From positions 1 through 55,212 of the IMG/VR virus record IMGVR_UViG_3300030376_003857: 55,212 nt of DNA, one strand, 5' to 3'. The notes below the pieces were generated by a model, which saw nothing but the letters and a program-made list of their open reading frames with translations, was not told the DNA's origin and searched no databases. Source of the DNA: a virus. Taxonomy: Duplodnaviria; Caudoviricetes. Positions 7,958-17,114 of this stretch are shown one piece after another (within the stretch, counting starts at the first letter, position 1; every line of letters starts with the position of its first letter). A program made the translations under genes and the position numbers.

Positions 7958-8464
7958 ATGAAAAGATTTATAGCTGTCATTGCATTATTGGTATCTCTCC
8001 AGTCGTTCAGTCAAACTTTTTGTGACTGCAACAACAACATGACTGTATATAGACATGTATGGGAGGAGTCTGGGTTAGTTGTTTTTGATTCCTTTTATTT
8101 AAACACTCAAGACCTTTTATCTTTTACAGCAGCTTGGGGGACTAAGTCTCCACACGTATGGGATTTTGACGGCGATGGTTTTGTTTCAACAAGCGACAAG
8201 CTTTTATTTTTTTCAGGTTATGGTCAAACCTATCAAGGGGATTTTAATTTGTGTGACGTAACTGTGTTATTTTGGAACAGTCATGGTCTGCCATCAACAT
8301 ATCCTGAAGCGTATTTTGCTATAATTCATACGTCGTTATTTGACGAGGATTTAACGAGTGGAGATGGATGGGGTGCATGTCCGTTAAATACAGTTTATGT
8401 TGAAATTATATATAACAATCATCCCGAAATAATTGACCATGTAGAAAAATTCTATATGAGATGA
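7958..8464 (+). CDS. Secreted protein with dockerin/EF-hand-like motif
   Basis: signal peptide MKRFIAVIALLVSLQSFS|Q; DFDGDGFVSTSDKLLFFSGYG. Confidence 0.6.
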   Translation: MKRFIAVIALLVSLQSFSQTFCDCNNNMTVYRHVWEESGLVVFDSFYLNTQDLLSFTAAWGTKSPHVWDFDGDGFVSTSDKLLFFSGYGQTYQGDFNLCDVTVLFWNSHGLPSTYPEAYFAIIHTSLFDEDLTSGDGWGACPLNTVYVEIIYNNHPEIIDHVEKFYMR

Positions 8465-8886
8465 GAGTAAAATATTTGTTGATACTACCTTTGGTTGTTG
8501 TACTTTATGGGTGTTCAGCTGACTGGCATTTAAGAAAAGCTATTTCAAAGAAGCCTTCTATACTTACTGAGGGTGTGACCGTTATAGAAGAAAGAGACAC
8601 TGTTCAGATTTTAACTGAGAGGCTGGTTCATGACACTATTTTTGACTTTACGACAGACACAGTTATAGTTGAGAAGGGAAAGGGTAAAGCCACTGTTGCT
8701 GTTGACACAGTAATGAAAAAAATCTATGTAGAGGTTCAATGTGACTCTGATACTGTTTACGTTGAGACAATGGTTAGAAAAACAACTATTCAGCCTAAAG
8801 TCAAAGATAAGGGTTTTGACTGGGAGCTTATAGGGTTTATTGTTTTAGGACTGTCGTTTATATTTATTATATTTAGGACTGGATAA
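8461..8886 (+). CDS. Putative unimolecular spanin-like lipoprotein
   Basis: lipobox LYGC, beta-rich middle, C-terminal TM helix, in the lysis cluster. Confidence 0.55.
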   Translation: MRVKYLLILPLVVVLYGCSADWHLRKAISKKPSILTEGVTVIEERDTVQILTERLVHDTIFDFTTDTVIVEKGKGKATVAVDTVMKKIYVEVQCDSDTVYVETMVRKTTIQPKVKDKGFDWELIGFIVLGLSFIFIIFRTG

Positions 8887-8918
8887 ATAGGCTTATATTT
8901 GTATCTAAATAAATAGAA

Positions 8919-9155
8919 ATGAAGAAACTTGAACAGGAAGAACTTGAGAAGATTAAATCGTTTATGAACGACTTCCAAAACCTAAAGGCTAAACTTGGTG
9001 ATATTGCTATTGCTCAAAACGATACAATAAAGGATATTGATGCATTAAGGAAATCACATTCATCTTATGAGCAAAAGCTTGTAGATAAATACGGCAAGGA
9101 CACCGTAATTGACATCTCCACTGGGGAGATTAAAACAAAAAAAGAAAATGGCTAA
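8919..9155 (+). CDS. Coiled-coil hypothetical protein
   Basis: TATATTTG box at 8894-8901; ends KYGKDTVIDISTGEI. Confidence 0.75.
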   Translation: MKKLEQEELEKIKSFMNDFQNLKAKLGDIAIAQNDTIKDIDALRKSHSSYEQKLVDKYGKDTVIDISTGEIKTKKENG

Positions 9156-9909
9156 AATATCAACATACGACTTTTCTTCTCCAACATCAGAAGATTATGT
9201 AATCGGAACAAAGTCGGATAACTTATCGAGCACTAAGAACTTTAAGGTTGGTCAAATAATGACGCTTTTGACCCTCGATATAGTTTTACAGAATGGTAAT
9301 CAGTCAGACCGAGCTGTAACGCTAGGTGGAAATTTAACGCTAGATGGAAATCTAACTGATGGCGGTGGCTCAGTTGGGTCTAATGGTCAATTACTTTCCT
9401 CAACAGGAACAGGTGTGCAATGGATAGACCAGCCTAGTAGCGGTGGTTCATTAACTGATGTATTGACTGGAACATCAGCTGATTCTCTTCAAGTTCCATC
9501 TGGTCTAGATACGCCACTTCAAGTTACTTTCGGGGCAGCGCAAGGGACAATCGTTAATGATGTTATGATTGATGCTGCTGGAACAGTAACATTTAACCAA
9601 GCGGGACAGTATCATGTGTTTGTTGAATTGTCTACGGCAAAACAATCAGCTGGGGCAATAACTTACATAGTAGTTAGAGGGTTGCTTTCATCAACAGAGA
9701 TTGATTACCCAGATGTAATTGGCTTAACTACAGAAGAATTTTTTCCATACAAGAAAAAGTTTATTGTCGACGCTACGGCTTCTCAAACTTTTCAGATTCA
9801 ATTAATGAGAGACAGCAACGGTTCTAATGATGGGTACTTGTCAAGATTTGCTGGAAGCGGAGGGTTCGGAATTACTCCGTCTGCATTCATTAAAATTTGG
9901 AAAGCATAA
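9148..9909 (+). CDS. Putative virion fibre/structural protein
   Basis: MAKISTY..., GSNGQLLSSTGTGVQW fibre motif, beta-rich C-terminal domain. Confidence 0.6.
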   Translation: MAKISTYDFSSPTSEDYVIGTKSDNLSSTKNFKVGQIMTLLTLDIVLQNGNQSDRAVTLGGNLTLDGNLTDGGGSVGSNGQLLSSTGTGVQWIDQPSSGGSLTDVLTGTSADSLQVPSGLDTPLQVTFGAAQGTIVNDVMIDAAGTVTFNQAGQYHVFVELSTAKQSAGAITYIVVRGLLSSTEIDYPDVIGLTTEEFFPYKKKFIVDATASQTFQIQLMRDSNGSNDGYLSRFAGSGGFGITPSAFIKIWKA

Positions 9910-10127
9910 TGGAAATAAGAAAAATTTCAATAGGGGCTGACTATAAGTCAGCCATGCATTACATCAAAGGACAGAAAGTCCTTGGTGGCTCATATGAAAT
10001 TCACCTTATTAGTATTCAGGAGGACAATGATATCGATATTTGGATTGAGAGTGGTGACGAGGTTATAATGTGGAAAACGTTTAACTCAAAAATGCCAGTG
10101 TCAATCGAGTACAATATAAATTTTTAG
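9909..10127 (+). CDS. Conserved hypothetical protein
   Basis: MEIRKISIGADYK...MPVSIEYNINF, packed in operon. Confidence 0.7.
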   Translation: MEIRKISIGADYKSAMHYIKGQKVLGGSYEIHLISIQEDNDIDIWIESGDEVIMWKTFNSKMPVSIEYNINF

Positions 10128-10128
10128 A

Positions 10129-10311
10129 ATGGAAGAACTTGAAGAAAGAATGTCTTCTTTAGTTGATAAGTACGAATCGATAAAAGACAATAGTTCGTAC
10201 AGCTTCATGGATAAGCTAGATTTACTAGACGAAATCCATAATGTAAAAATGAAATTAAACGGAGTTAAGCCAATGGATACTCACATTGATTGTGTAGGCT
10301 GTGGCTCTTAA
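10129..10311 (+). CDS. Small protein with C-terminal CxxCGS
   Basis: ends CVGCGS. Confidence 0.65.
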   Translation: MEELEERMSSLVDKYESIKDNSSYSFMDKLDLLDEIHNVKMKLNGVKPMDTHIDCVGCGS

Positions 10312-10320
10312 AAACGAAAT

Positions 10321-10890
10321 ATGCGTTCGCCAAATCAATTTATTGTCCGACCGATTAACGGTGAGAGATACAATTCCTCAACCGAAATAGGAGGAAAGGA
10401 TTTTATAACAAGCACATCCGAAGAAGACCATACTGCCTCAAACAGACTTGCTGAGGTGGTGTCATTGCCATTAGACCACGAAGGGGATATAAAAGTTGGC
10501 GACACTTTACTCGTACATCATAACGTATTCAAGTTCTACAACGACATGAAGGGTCAAAGGAGAAGCGGGAAAAGCTTCTTTAAGGACGACTTGTTCTTTG
10601 TCGATACAGAGCAGTTCTTTATGTGGCATGATGGGGAAGAGTGGAACGCTTATGATAGACATTGCTTTGTAGAGCCTATAGACAAGACTGAATCATATCT
10701 GTACAAGCCATTCCTTAAAGAGCCACTTGTAGGAGTTATGAGATATCCGTCAAAAGCATTGAAGATGTTGTCCGTCGATAAAGGAACACTTGTATCTTTT
10801 ACTCCAGACTCTGAGTACATATTTGATGTAGATGGCGTGACGATGTACCGAATACATGACCATCAAATAACAATGACGCATGAAAAATAA
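10321..10890 (+). CDS. Tandem GroES-like protein
   Basis: two repeats resembling Cpn10 (FIVRP...AEVV...IKVGDTLLV; CFVEP...GVM...KGTLVSF...VDGVTMYRI). Confidence 0.6.
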   Translation: MRSPNQFIVRPINGERYNSSTEIGGKDFITSTSEEDHTASNRLAEVVSLPLDHEGDIKVGDTLLVHHNVFKFYNDMKGQRRSGKSFFKDDLFFVDTEQFFMWHDGEEWNAYDRHCFVEPIDKTESYLYKPFLKEPLVGVMRYPSKALKMLSVDKGTLVSFTPDSEYIFDVDGVTMYRIHDHQITMTHEK

Positions 10891-10961
10891 TAATCACACT
10901 TTTTGGGAGGATAGCTGGAACGAGATAGGGGTCACCATAAGAAAGTCTAAAAGAATTAAGA

Positions 10962-11285
10962 ATGAGCACAAGAGAGACAAGAATAAAAATAATAGAAGCT
11001 GGGAAGACCGCAGTTGATGAACTAATCAAGGTCGCTAAAGAAAAGATTATTAAGGCTGGAAAAAAAGAAGAGGGTGACGAAAAAGACTTATCGGCTGACA
11101 GATTAAAAAATGCAGCAGCCACAAAGAAGTTAGCTGTGTTTGATGCCTTCGAGATACTAAGCAGAATAGAGTCTGAGCAAAAGGCATTGGATGAAGATTT
11201 AAAGTCGGATGATACAGAACAACCTATTGAAGAAAAAGAGAAGACGAAACTAAAACAAGGGTTTGCAGAAAGAAGAGCAGAATAG
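10962..11285 (+). CDS. Probable terminase small subunit
   Basis: helical 107-aa protein immediately upstream of and overlapping TerL. Confidence 0.55.
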   Translation: MSTRETRIKIIEAGKTAVDELIKVAKEKIIKAGKKEEGDEKDLSADRLKNAAATKKLAVFDAFEILSRIESEQKALDEDLKSDDTEQPIEEKEKTKLKQGFAERRAE

Positions 11286-13515
11286 TATTGAGCTTTACAA
11301 AGTTCTTGATGACTACATCCCTAAGAGTGTATTGACATCTAAAAACAAAGCAAGAACTTGGGAGTATGGCTATGACAAAAAATATGATGTTGTAGTAATA
11401 TCAAAAGATGGTACTATTGGTGAGGTGTATGATATTCAGGGTCTCATTGTAGCTCTTCCAAAATACAGCAAGGAGTGTCTTCGAAGACACGCAAAAAAAG
11501 AGGAGCAGTATTGGGAGAGAGGGGAACTTCCAAAAGAGCTTAGCAGGATACATTCAATATTCCAATGGAACGAAAAAAGTGATGAGTTCAAAGCTAAGTA
11601 TGTCGACTATATAGAACGTGAGTTTGACCGAAGAGAAAATGGTGTGTGGTTCAAGAACAATGGCATTAACACATACATTACTGGGTCACACTATATGTAT
11701 ATCCAATGGTCTTCTATCGATGTCGGATATCCTGATTTCCGAGAGGCTAACAGAATCTTGTACCTTCATTGGGAAGGGTGTAAGGCTGATGACAGGAGCT
11801 ACGGAGATTGTTATCTAAAGATTCGTCGTTCAGGATTCTCTTTCATGTCCTCGTCTGAGGTTGTCAACGTTGGTACGTTGGCTAGAAACTCTAGGGTTGG
11901 CATCTTATCAAAAACTGGTGCTGACGCAAAGAAGATGTTTACCGACAAGGTAGTTCCAATAAATAGTAAGTTACCTTTCTTTTTCAAGCCTATAATGGAC
12001 GGTATGGATAAGCCAAAGACAGAGCTTGCATACAGAGTTCCAGCTTCTAAAATTACAAGAAGAAACATGTCTCTATCAGAGGCTGAGGAGTTTGATGGGT
12101 TAGACACAACAATCGACTGGAAGAACACCGATGACAACTCTTACGATAGTGAGAAGTTGATTCTATTAGCTCATGACGAGAGTGGGAAGTGGTTAAAACC
12201 AAACAGCATTATAAACAACTGGCGTGTTACTAAAACATGTCTTCGACTTGGTAAAAAGGTTGTGGGTAAATGCATGATGGGAAGCACATCTAATGCCCTT
12301 AACAAAGGAGGTAACAACTTTAAAAAGCTTTACTATGATTCAAAGATTGACACTAGGAATAAGAATGGTCAAACAAAAAGCGGTCTATATGGTATATTCA
12401 TTCCGATGGAATGGAACATGGAGGGTTTCATTGACAGATATGGTATGCCTGTATTTAAAACTCCAGAGTCTCCAGTACTCGGTATTGACGGTGAGCTTAT
12501 ACATGAGGGGGCTATTGACTATTGGGAGGCAGAGGTTGAGTCAAAGAAAAACGACCCTGATGCGTTAAACGAGCACTACAGACAGTTTCCAAGGACTGAG
12601 TCGCATGCGTTTAGAGATGAGAGCAAACAATCAATATTCAACCTCACGAAAATATATCAGCAGGTAGACTATAATGATTCGTTAATTATTGAACGCCATA
12701 TTACTAGAGGCGGTTTTCACTGGAAGAATGGAGTAATAGATTCGACAGTTGTGTTTAGCCCAGATGAAAGAGGTAGGTTTCTTGTTAGTTGGATTCCGAA
12801 CGCAAAACTACAGAATCGTCAAATAAATAGGGGTGGAAATAAAGTACCAGCAAATGACCATCTTGGTGCTTTCGGTTGCGATTCTTACGATATCTCAGGT
12901 GTTGTTGGAGGTGGAGGTTCTAATGGTGCTCTTCACGGGTTGACGATGTACAACATGGATGATGCCCCAAGTAACGAATTCTTTTTAGAGTACATAGCAA
13001 GACCTCAGACGGCAGAAATATTCTACGAGGATGTTCTTATGGCTTGCGTTTTTTACGGGATGCCAATACTAGCGGAGAACAATAAACCAAGGCTTCTTTA
13101 TCACTTCAAGAATAGAGGTTATAGGGGGTACTCAATGAACCGACCAGATAAGTCATTTAATAAACTATCCAAGACTGAAAAGGAAATAGGTGGAATACCT
13201 AACACATCTGAAGACATTAAACAGGCTCACGCATCCGCAATCGAGTCTTATGTCGAGAAGTACGTTGGTTTTGATACGACTGGGACATATAGAAATCCAG
13301 ACGATATGGGTAGTATGATTTTTAATAAAACCCTTCAAGATTGGGCTAAGTTTGATATATCTAACAGAACTAAGTATGATGCGTCAATTAGTTCTGGATT
13401 AGCTATAATGGCTTGTCAAAAGCATATCTACAAGCCAATAACAAAGGCTAACAAAATAAACATTAACTTTGCTAGGTATAATAATAAAGGGGCAACAAGC
13501 GAGATTATTCGATGA
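11263..13515 (+). CDS. Terminase large subunit
   Basis: KIRRSGFS Walker-A-like, LAHDESGK Walker B, MGST, FGCDSYD nuclease motif, AENNKP; upstream of portal. Confidence 0.9.
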   Translation: MQKEEQNSIELYKVLDDYIPKSVLTSKNKARTWEYGYDKKYDVVVISKDGTIGEVYDIQGLIVALPKYSKECLRRHAKKEEQYWERGELPKELSRIHSIFQWNEKSDEFKAKYVDYIEREFDRRENGVWFKNNGINTYITGSHYMYIQWSSIDVGYPDFREANRILYLHWEGCKADDRSYGDCYLKIRRSGFSFMSSSEVVNVGTLARNSRVGILSKTGADAKKMFTDKVVPINSKLPFFFKPIMDGMDKPKTELAYRVPASKITRRNMSLSEAEEFDGLDTTIDWKNTDDNSYDSEKLILLAHDESGKWLKPNSIINNWRVTKTCLRLGKKVVGKCMMGSTSNALNKGGNNFKKLYYDSKIDTRNKNGQTKSGLYGIFIPMEWNMEGFIDRYGMPVFKTPESPVLGIDGELIHEGAIDYWEAEVESKKNDPDALNEHYRQFPRTESHAFRDESKQSIFNLTKIYQQVDYNDSLIIERHITRGGFHWKNGVIDSTVVFSPDERGRFLVSWIPNAKLQNRQINRGGNKVPANDHLGAFGCDSYDISGVVGGGGSNGALHGLTMYNMDDAPSNEFFLEYIARPQTAEIFYEDVLMACVFYGMPILAENNKPRLLYHFKNRGYRGYSMNRPDKSFNKLSKTEKEIGGIPNTSEDIKQAHASAIESYVEKYVGFDTTGTYRNPDDMGSMIFNKTLQDWAKFDISNRTKYDASISSGLAIMACQKHIYKPITKANKININFARYNNKGATSEIIR
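11475..11490. repeat. 16-bp palindrome GTGTCTTCGAAGACAC inside terminase gene
   Basis: exact; encodes C-L-R-R-H. Confidence 0.97.
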
Positions 13516-15947
13516 AGGAGACTACGATTAATGTTTCACAAGTAAGCTTCCCGAATCAGTTTGTGTCTGATTCTGAGAAGAAAACTGAAGAATTCGGTTT
13601 AAGGATTGGTCAGGCTATTCAGTATGAATGGTTCAAAAGAGATGGTGGGAGGTGTAGGTTTTATGACCAAGTGAGAAGTTTTCATAACTTAAGGTTATAC
13701 GCAAGAGGAGAGCAGTCAAGTCAGAAGTATAAGAGCGAGATGGCTGTTGATGGTGACCTATCATACCTCAACCTAGACTGGACTCCAATCCCTATCATAC
13801 CTAAGTTTGTTGATATTATTGTTAATGGAATGTCTGATAGGTTGTTTAAGCCGAAGGCATACTCTCAAGATGCTTTATCTCAATCAAAAAGAAGCAGATA
13901 TCAAGACCTTGTTGAGGGGCAGATGGTCGCAAAGCCTATACTCAAAAAGATACAGGAGAAGACTGGAGCTGACCCGTTCATAATAAATCCAGATGAACTA
14001 CCTAACAATGACGAGGAGCTTTCTTTGTACATGCAACTTAAGTACAAGCCAGCTATTGAGATTGCTGAAGAGACTGCTATCAGTACTATTCTTGAAGAGA
14101 ATGATTGGAATAGTATAAGAAAAAGACTTGATTACGACCAGACAGTATTAGGGATATCAATAGGTAAACACGAGTTCAATTTAGGAGGGGGGTTAAAGGT
14201 ATCGTATGTAGACCCAGCCAACGTGATTTACAGTTACACAGAAGACCCGCACTTCAAAGATTGTTTTTATTGGGGAGAGGTTAAGACCGTAAATATAAAT
14301 GAGGTTCGAAAGATAAATCCTAATCTCGACAATGAAGATTTAAAAAATATTTCAAAAGGTGGGAACAATTGGACTGATGAATACAATGTATCTCAGTTTT
14401 ATGACGATGATATCTTCAGTAACGACACTGTTACGCTCTTGTATTTCACATACAAGACAACGAACACCTTTACATACAAGAAGAAGGTCTCAGATAATGG
14501 GAACGTAAAGATGATTGAGAAGGATGACGAGTTCAACCCTCCTCAAGAAATGATGGATGATGGCAATTTTGAGAAGGTGTCCAAGACTATCGACGTGTGG
14601 TATGAGGGTGTTATGGTGATGGGTACTAACTACCTCATTAAGTGGGATATGGCTAAGAACATGTGCCGACCTAAGTCAGCTTCTCAGCACTCAATACCTA
14701 ATTATTTCGCAGCAGCACCTAGAATGTATAAAGGTGTAATAGAGTCTACGGTTAGACGTATGATGTCATTTGCTGACCTCATTCAGATGACACACCTCAA
14801 GCTTCAACAGGTAATGGTTAAGACAGTTCCAGATGGTGTTTTTATAGATGCTGACGGGCTGAATGAGATTGACCTAGGTCAGGGGGCTTCGTATAACCCA
14901 GAGGACGCATTAAGGCTTTACTTCCAAACAGGGTCTGTTATTGGTCGTAGTTACACTCAAGATGGGGAGTTCAACAACGGTAGAGTTCCTATTCAGCAAC
15001 TAACATCGAATTCAGGTTCATCTAAGATGTCGATGCTTATAGGTTCGTTTAACCATTACCTAAACCAAATGAGGTCTGTCATTGGTCTAAACGCTGCCAG
15101 TGACGCAAGTACGCCAGATTCAAATTCTTTAGTTGGTCTTCAGAAACTTGCTGCATTAAATTCAAACACGGCAACAAGGCATATTTTGGATGCTGGTCTA
15201 TACATGTATAAGTCAGTATCAGAGGCTGTTTCATACAGGGTTTCCGACATTCTTGAGTATGCAGACTTTAAGGATGACTTCATCAACAAGATTGGTAAGT
15301 ATAACGTAAGTATCCTGAATGAGATTAAGGACTTGTATTTATACGACTTCGGTATATTTATTGAGGTGTCTCCAGATGAAGAGCAGAAGGCTCTACTTGA
15401 ACAGAACGTTCAAGTTGCGTTATCGAGAGAAAACATTGATATTGAGGATGCTATTGACATCCGAGAAATAAAAAACATTAAGCTTGCTAATCAGCTTCTT
15501 AAGTTGAAGAGGAAGGCTAAGCAGGATAGACAGTCTCAGATGGCTGCTCAACAACAAGCAATGCAAGGTCAGATTAACATGCAGTCTCAACAAGCGTCAG
15601 CTCAAATTGCAATGCAGAAGATTGAGATGGAGACCCAGAGTAAGATGCAGATTAAGCAAGCTGAGATTGCGTTTGAAATTGAAAAGATGAACAACGAAGC
15701 TGCCCTCAAATCTAAACTTATGGAAGAAGAGTTCCAGATGAACATGAAGTTGAGGGGTATGGAAACAGAGATGATTTCAAAGCGTGACAAACAAAAAGAA
15801 GACGCTAAAGACAAAAGGGTTAGTCAGCAGAGCACACAGCAGAGTAAGCTAATTAATCAAAGAAAGAACAACCTTCCTCCGATAAACTTTGAATCTAATG
15901 AGGATAGCTTGGATGGTTTTGACCTAGCTGAGTTTAACCCTAGGTAA
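13512..15947 (+). CDS. Portal protein
   Basis: 811 aa after TerL; PIIPKFVDIIVNG motif, Q-rich coiled-coil C-terminus. Confidence 0.85.
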   Translation: MKETTINVSQVSFPNQFVSDSEKKTEEFGLRIGQAIQYEWFKRDGGRCRFYDQVRSFHNLRLYARGEQSSQKYKSEMAVDGDLSYLNLDWTPIPIIPKFVDIIVNGMSDRLFKPKAYSQDALSQSKRSRYQDLVEGQMVAKPILKKIQEKTGADPFIINPDELPNNDEELSLYMQLKYKPAIEIAEETAISTILEENDWNSIRKRLDYDQTVLGISIGKHEFNLGGGLKVSYVDPANVIYSYTEDPHFKDCFYWGEVKTVNINEVRKINPNLDNEDLKNISKGGNNWTDEYNVSQFYDDDIFSNDTVTLLYFTYKTTNTFTYKKKVSDNGNVKMIEKDDEFNPPQEMMDDGNFEKVSKTIDVWYEGVMVMGTNYLIKWDMAKNMCRPKSASQHSIPNYFAAAPRMYKGVIESTVRRMMSFADLIQMTHLKLQQVMVKTVPDGVFIDADGLNEIDLGQGASYNPEDALRLYFQTGSVIGRSYTQDGEFNNGRVPIQQLTSNSGSSKMSMLIGSFNHYLNQMRSVIGLNAASDASTPDSNSLVGLQKLAALNSNTATRHILDAGLYMYKSVSEAVSYRVSDILEYADFKDDFINKIGKYNVSILNEIKDLYLYDFGIFIEVSPDEEQKALLEQNVQVALSRENIDIEDAIDIREIKNIKLANQLLKLKRKAKQDRQSQMAAQQQAMQGQINMQSQQASAQIAMQKIEMETQSKMQIKQAEIAFEIEKMNNEAALKSKLMEEEFQMNMKLRGMETEMISKRDKQKEDAKDKRVSQQSTQQSKLINQRKNNLPPINFESNEDSLDGFDLAEFNPR

Positions 15948-15989
15948 GCATAAGAAAAATAGTTTTAAATTTGTAAAAAAATATAATCG

Positions 15990-17093
15990 ATGGAAATTAA
16001 GGTAAAAGAAGTTTCTAGTGTTAATGAAAAATCAGCTCAAGAGGTAGAGGAAGGTCTTTTAGAAAAGCAAGAATCTGAAAGGTTAGAAAGAGAAGAGAGC
16101 AACGAAGTAGAGAGCAACGAAGTAGAGAGCAACGAAGTAGAGGGTAACGAAGTAGAAGATGAGCTAGGTGATGACCAAGTTTTATCATATCTGAAAGAAA
16201 AATACGGCAAGGAAGTAGATTCTATTGAGAGTCTATTTCAAGAGCCAGAAGAAAGAGATGAACTGCCAGAAGACGTGGCAACATACATGAAGTTCAAAAA
16301 GGAGACGGGACGAGGATGGAACGACTTTGCTAAATTGAACAGAGATATTGAAGGGCTTGACGACGATTCGGTACTCAAAGAGTACTTGTTAGAAACGGAA
16401 GAAGGTCTTGACGACGACGACGTAAACACACTTATGAGTGATTACGAATACGACGAGGAGCTTGATGAAGAAAGCGACATCAAGAAGATTAAGATTAAGA
16501 AGAAGAAAATTGTTGCGAAGGCTAGAAAGCATTTCGAGAATCAGAAGGAGAAATACAAAGCCCCGCTTGAGTCAAGCGGTACTAGTGTTTCTGAAGAGGT
16601 TTCTGAAAAACTGAAAGCCTACGATGAATATATAGATGGTGCTAAATCTTTCGAGGAAAAAGCAAATCGAAGAAAAGAAGTTTTCTTAGAACAAACCGAC
16701 AAGGTTTTCGGAAAAGAGTTCAAAGGTTTTGAGTTCAAAGTTGACGATAACAAGACGGTTACTTTTTCAGTTGGAGACGCAGCAGAAATGAAGAAGAACC
16801 AATTAGACGCACAGAATTTCCTAGGAAAGTTTGTTGATGATAATGGTCTAATGAATGACGCTGAGGGATACCATAAAGCACTGTCTGTAGCCATGAATCC
16901 AGAGAAGTTTGCTCGGTTCTTTTATGAACAAGGGCAATCAGCTCAAGCCGATAGTTCAATGCGAAAGCTCAAGAATGTTGACATGTCTGAGCAAAGAGCA
17001 CCTGAGGTACGGAAGTCTGGAGGAACAACAATTAAGTCCGTAAGCAATGGCTCTAGCCGAGGACTTGTTATTAAGAGCCGAAACAAGAAATAA
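15990..17093 (+). CDS. Capsid scaffolding protein
   Basis: very acidic, between portal and MCP; TAAATTTG box at 15966-15973. Confidence 0.7.
   Translation: MEIKVKEVSSVNEKSAQEVEEGLLEKQESERLEREESNEVESNEVESNEVEGNEVEDELGDDQVLSYLKEKYGKEVDSIESLFQEPEERDELPEDVATYMKFKKETGRGWNDFAKLNRDIEGLDDDSVLKEYLLETEEGLDDDDVNTLMSDYEYDEELDEESDIKKIKIKKKKIVAKARKHFENQKEKYKAPLESSGTSVSEEVSEKLKAYDEYIDGAKSFEEKANRRKEVFLEQTDKVFGKEFKGFEFKVDDNKTVTFSVGDAAEMKKNQLDAQNFLGKFVDDNGLMNDAEGYHKALSVAMNPEKFARFFYEQGQSAQADSSMRKLKNVDMSEQRAPEVRKSGGTTIKSVSNGSSRGLVIKSRNKK
16095..16154 (+). repeat. 15-bp tandem repeat x4 (ESNEV)
   Basis: GAGAGCAACGAAGTA x3 plus one variant. Confidence 0.9.
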
Positions 17094-17114
17094 CGAACAT
17101 AAAAAGATAAAACA

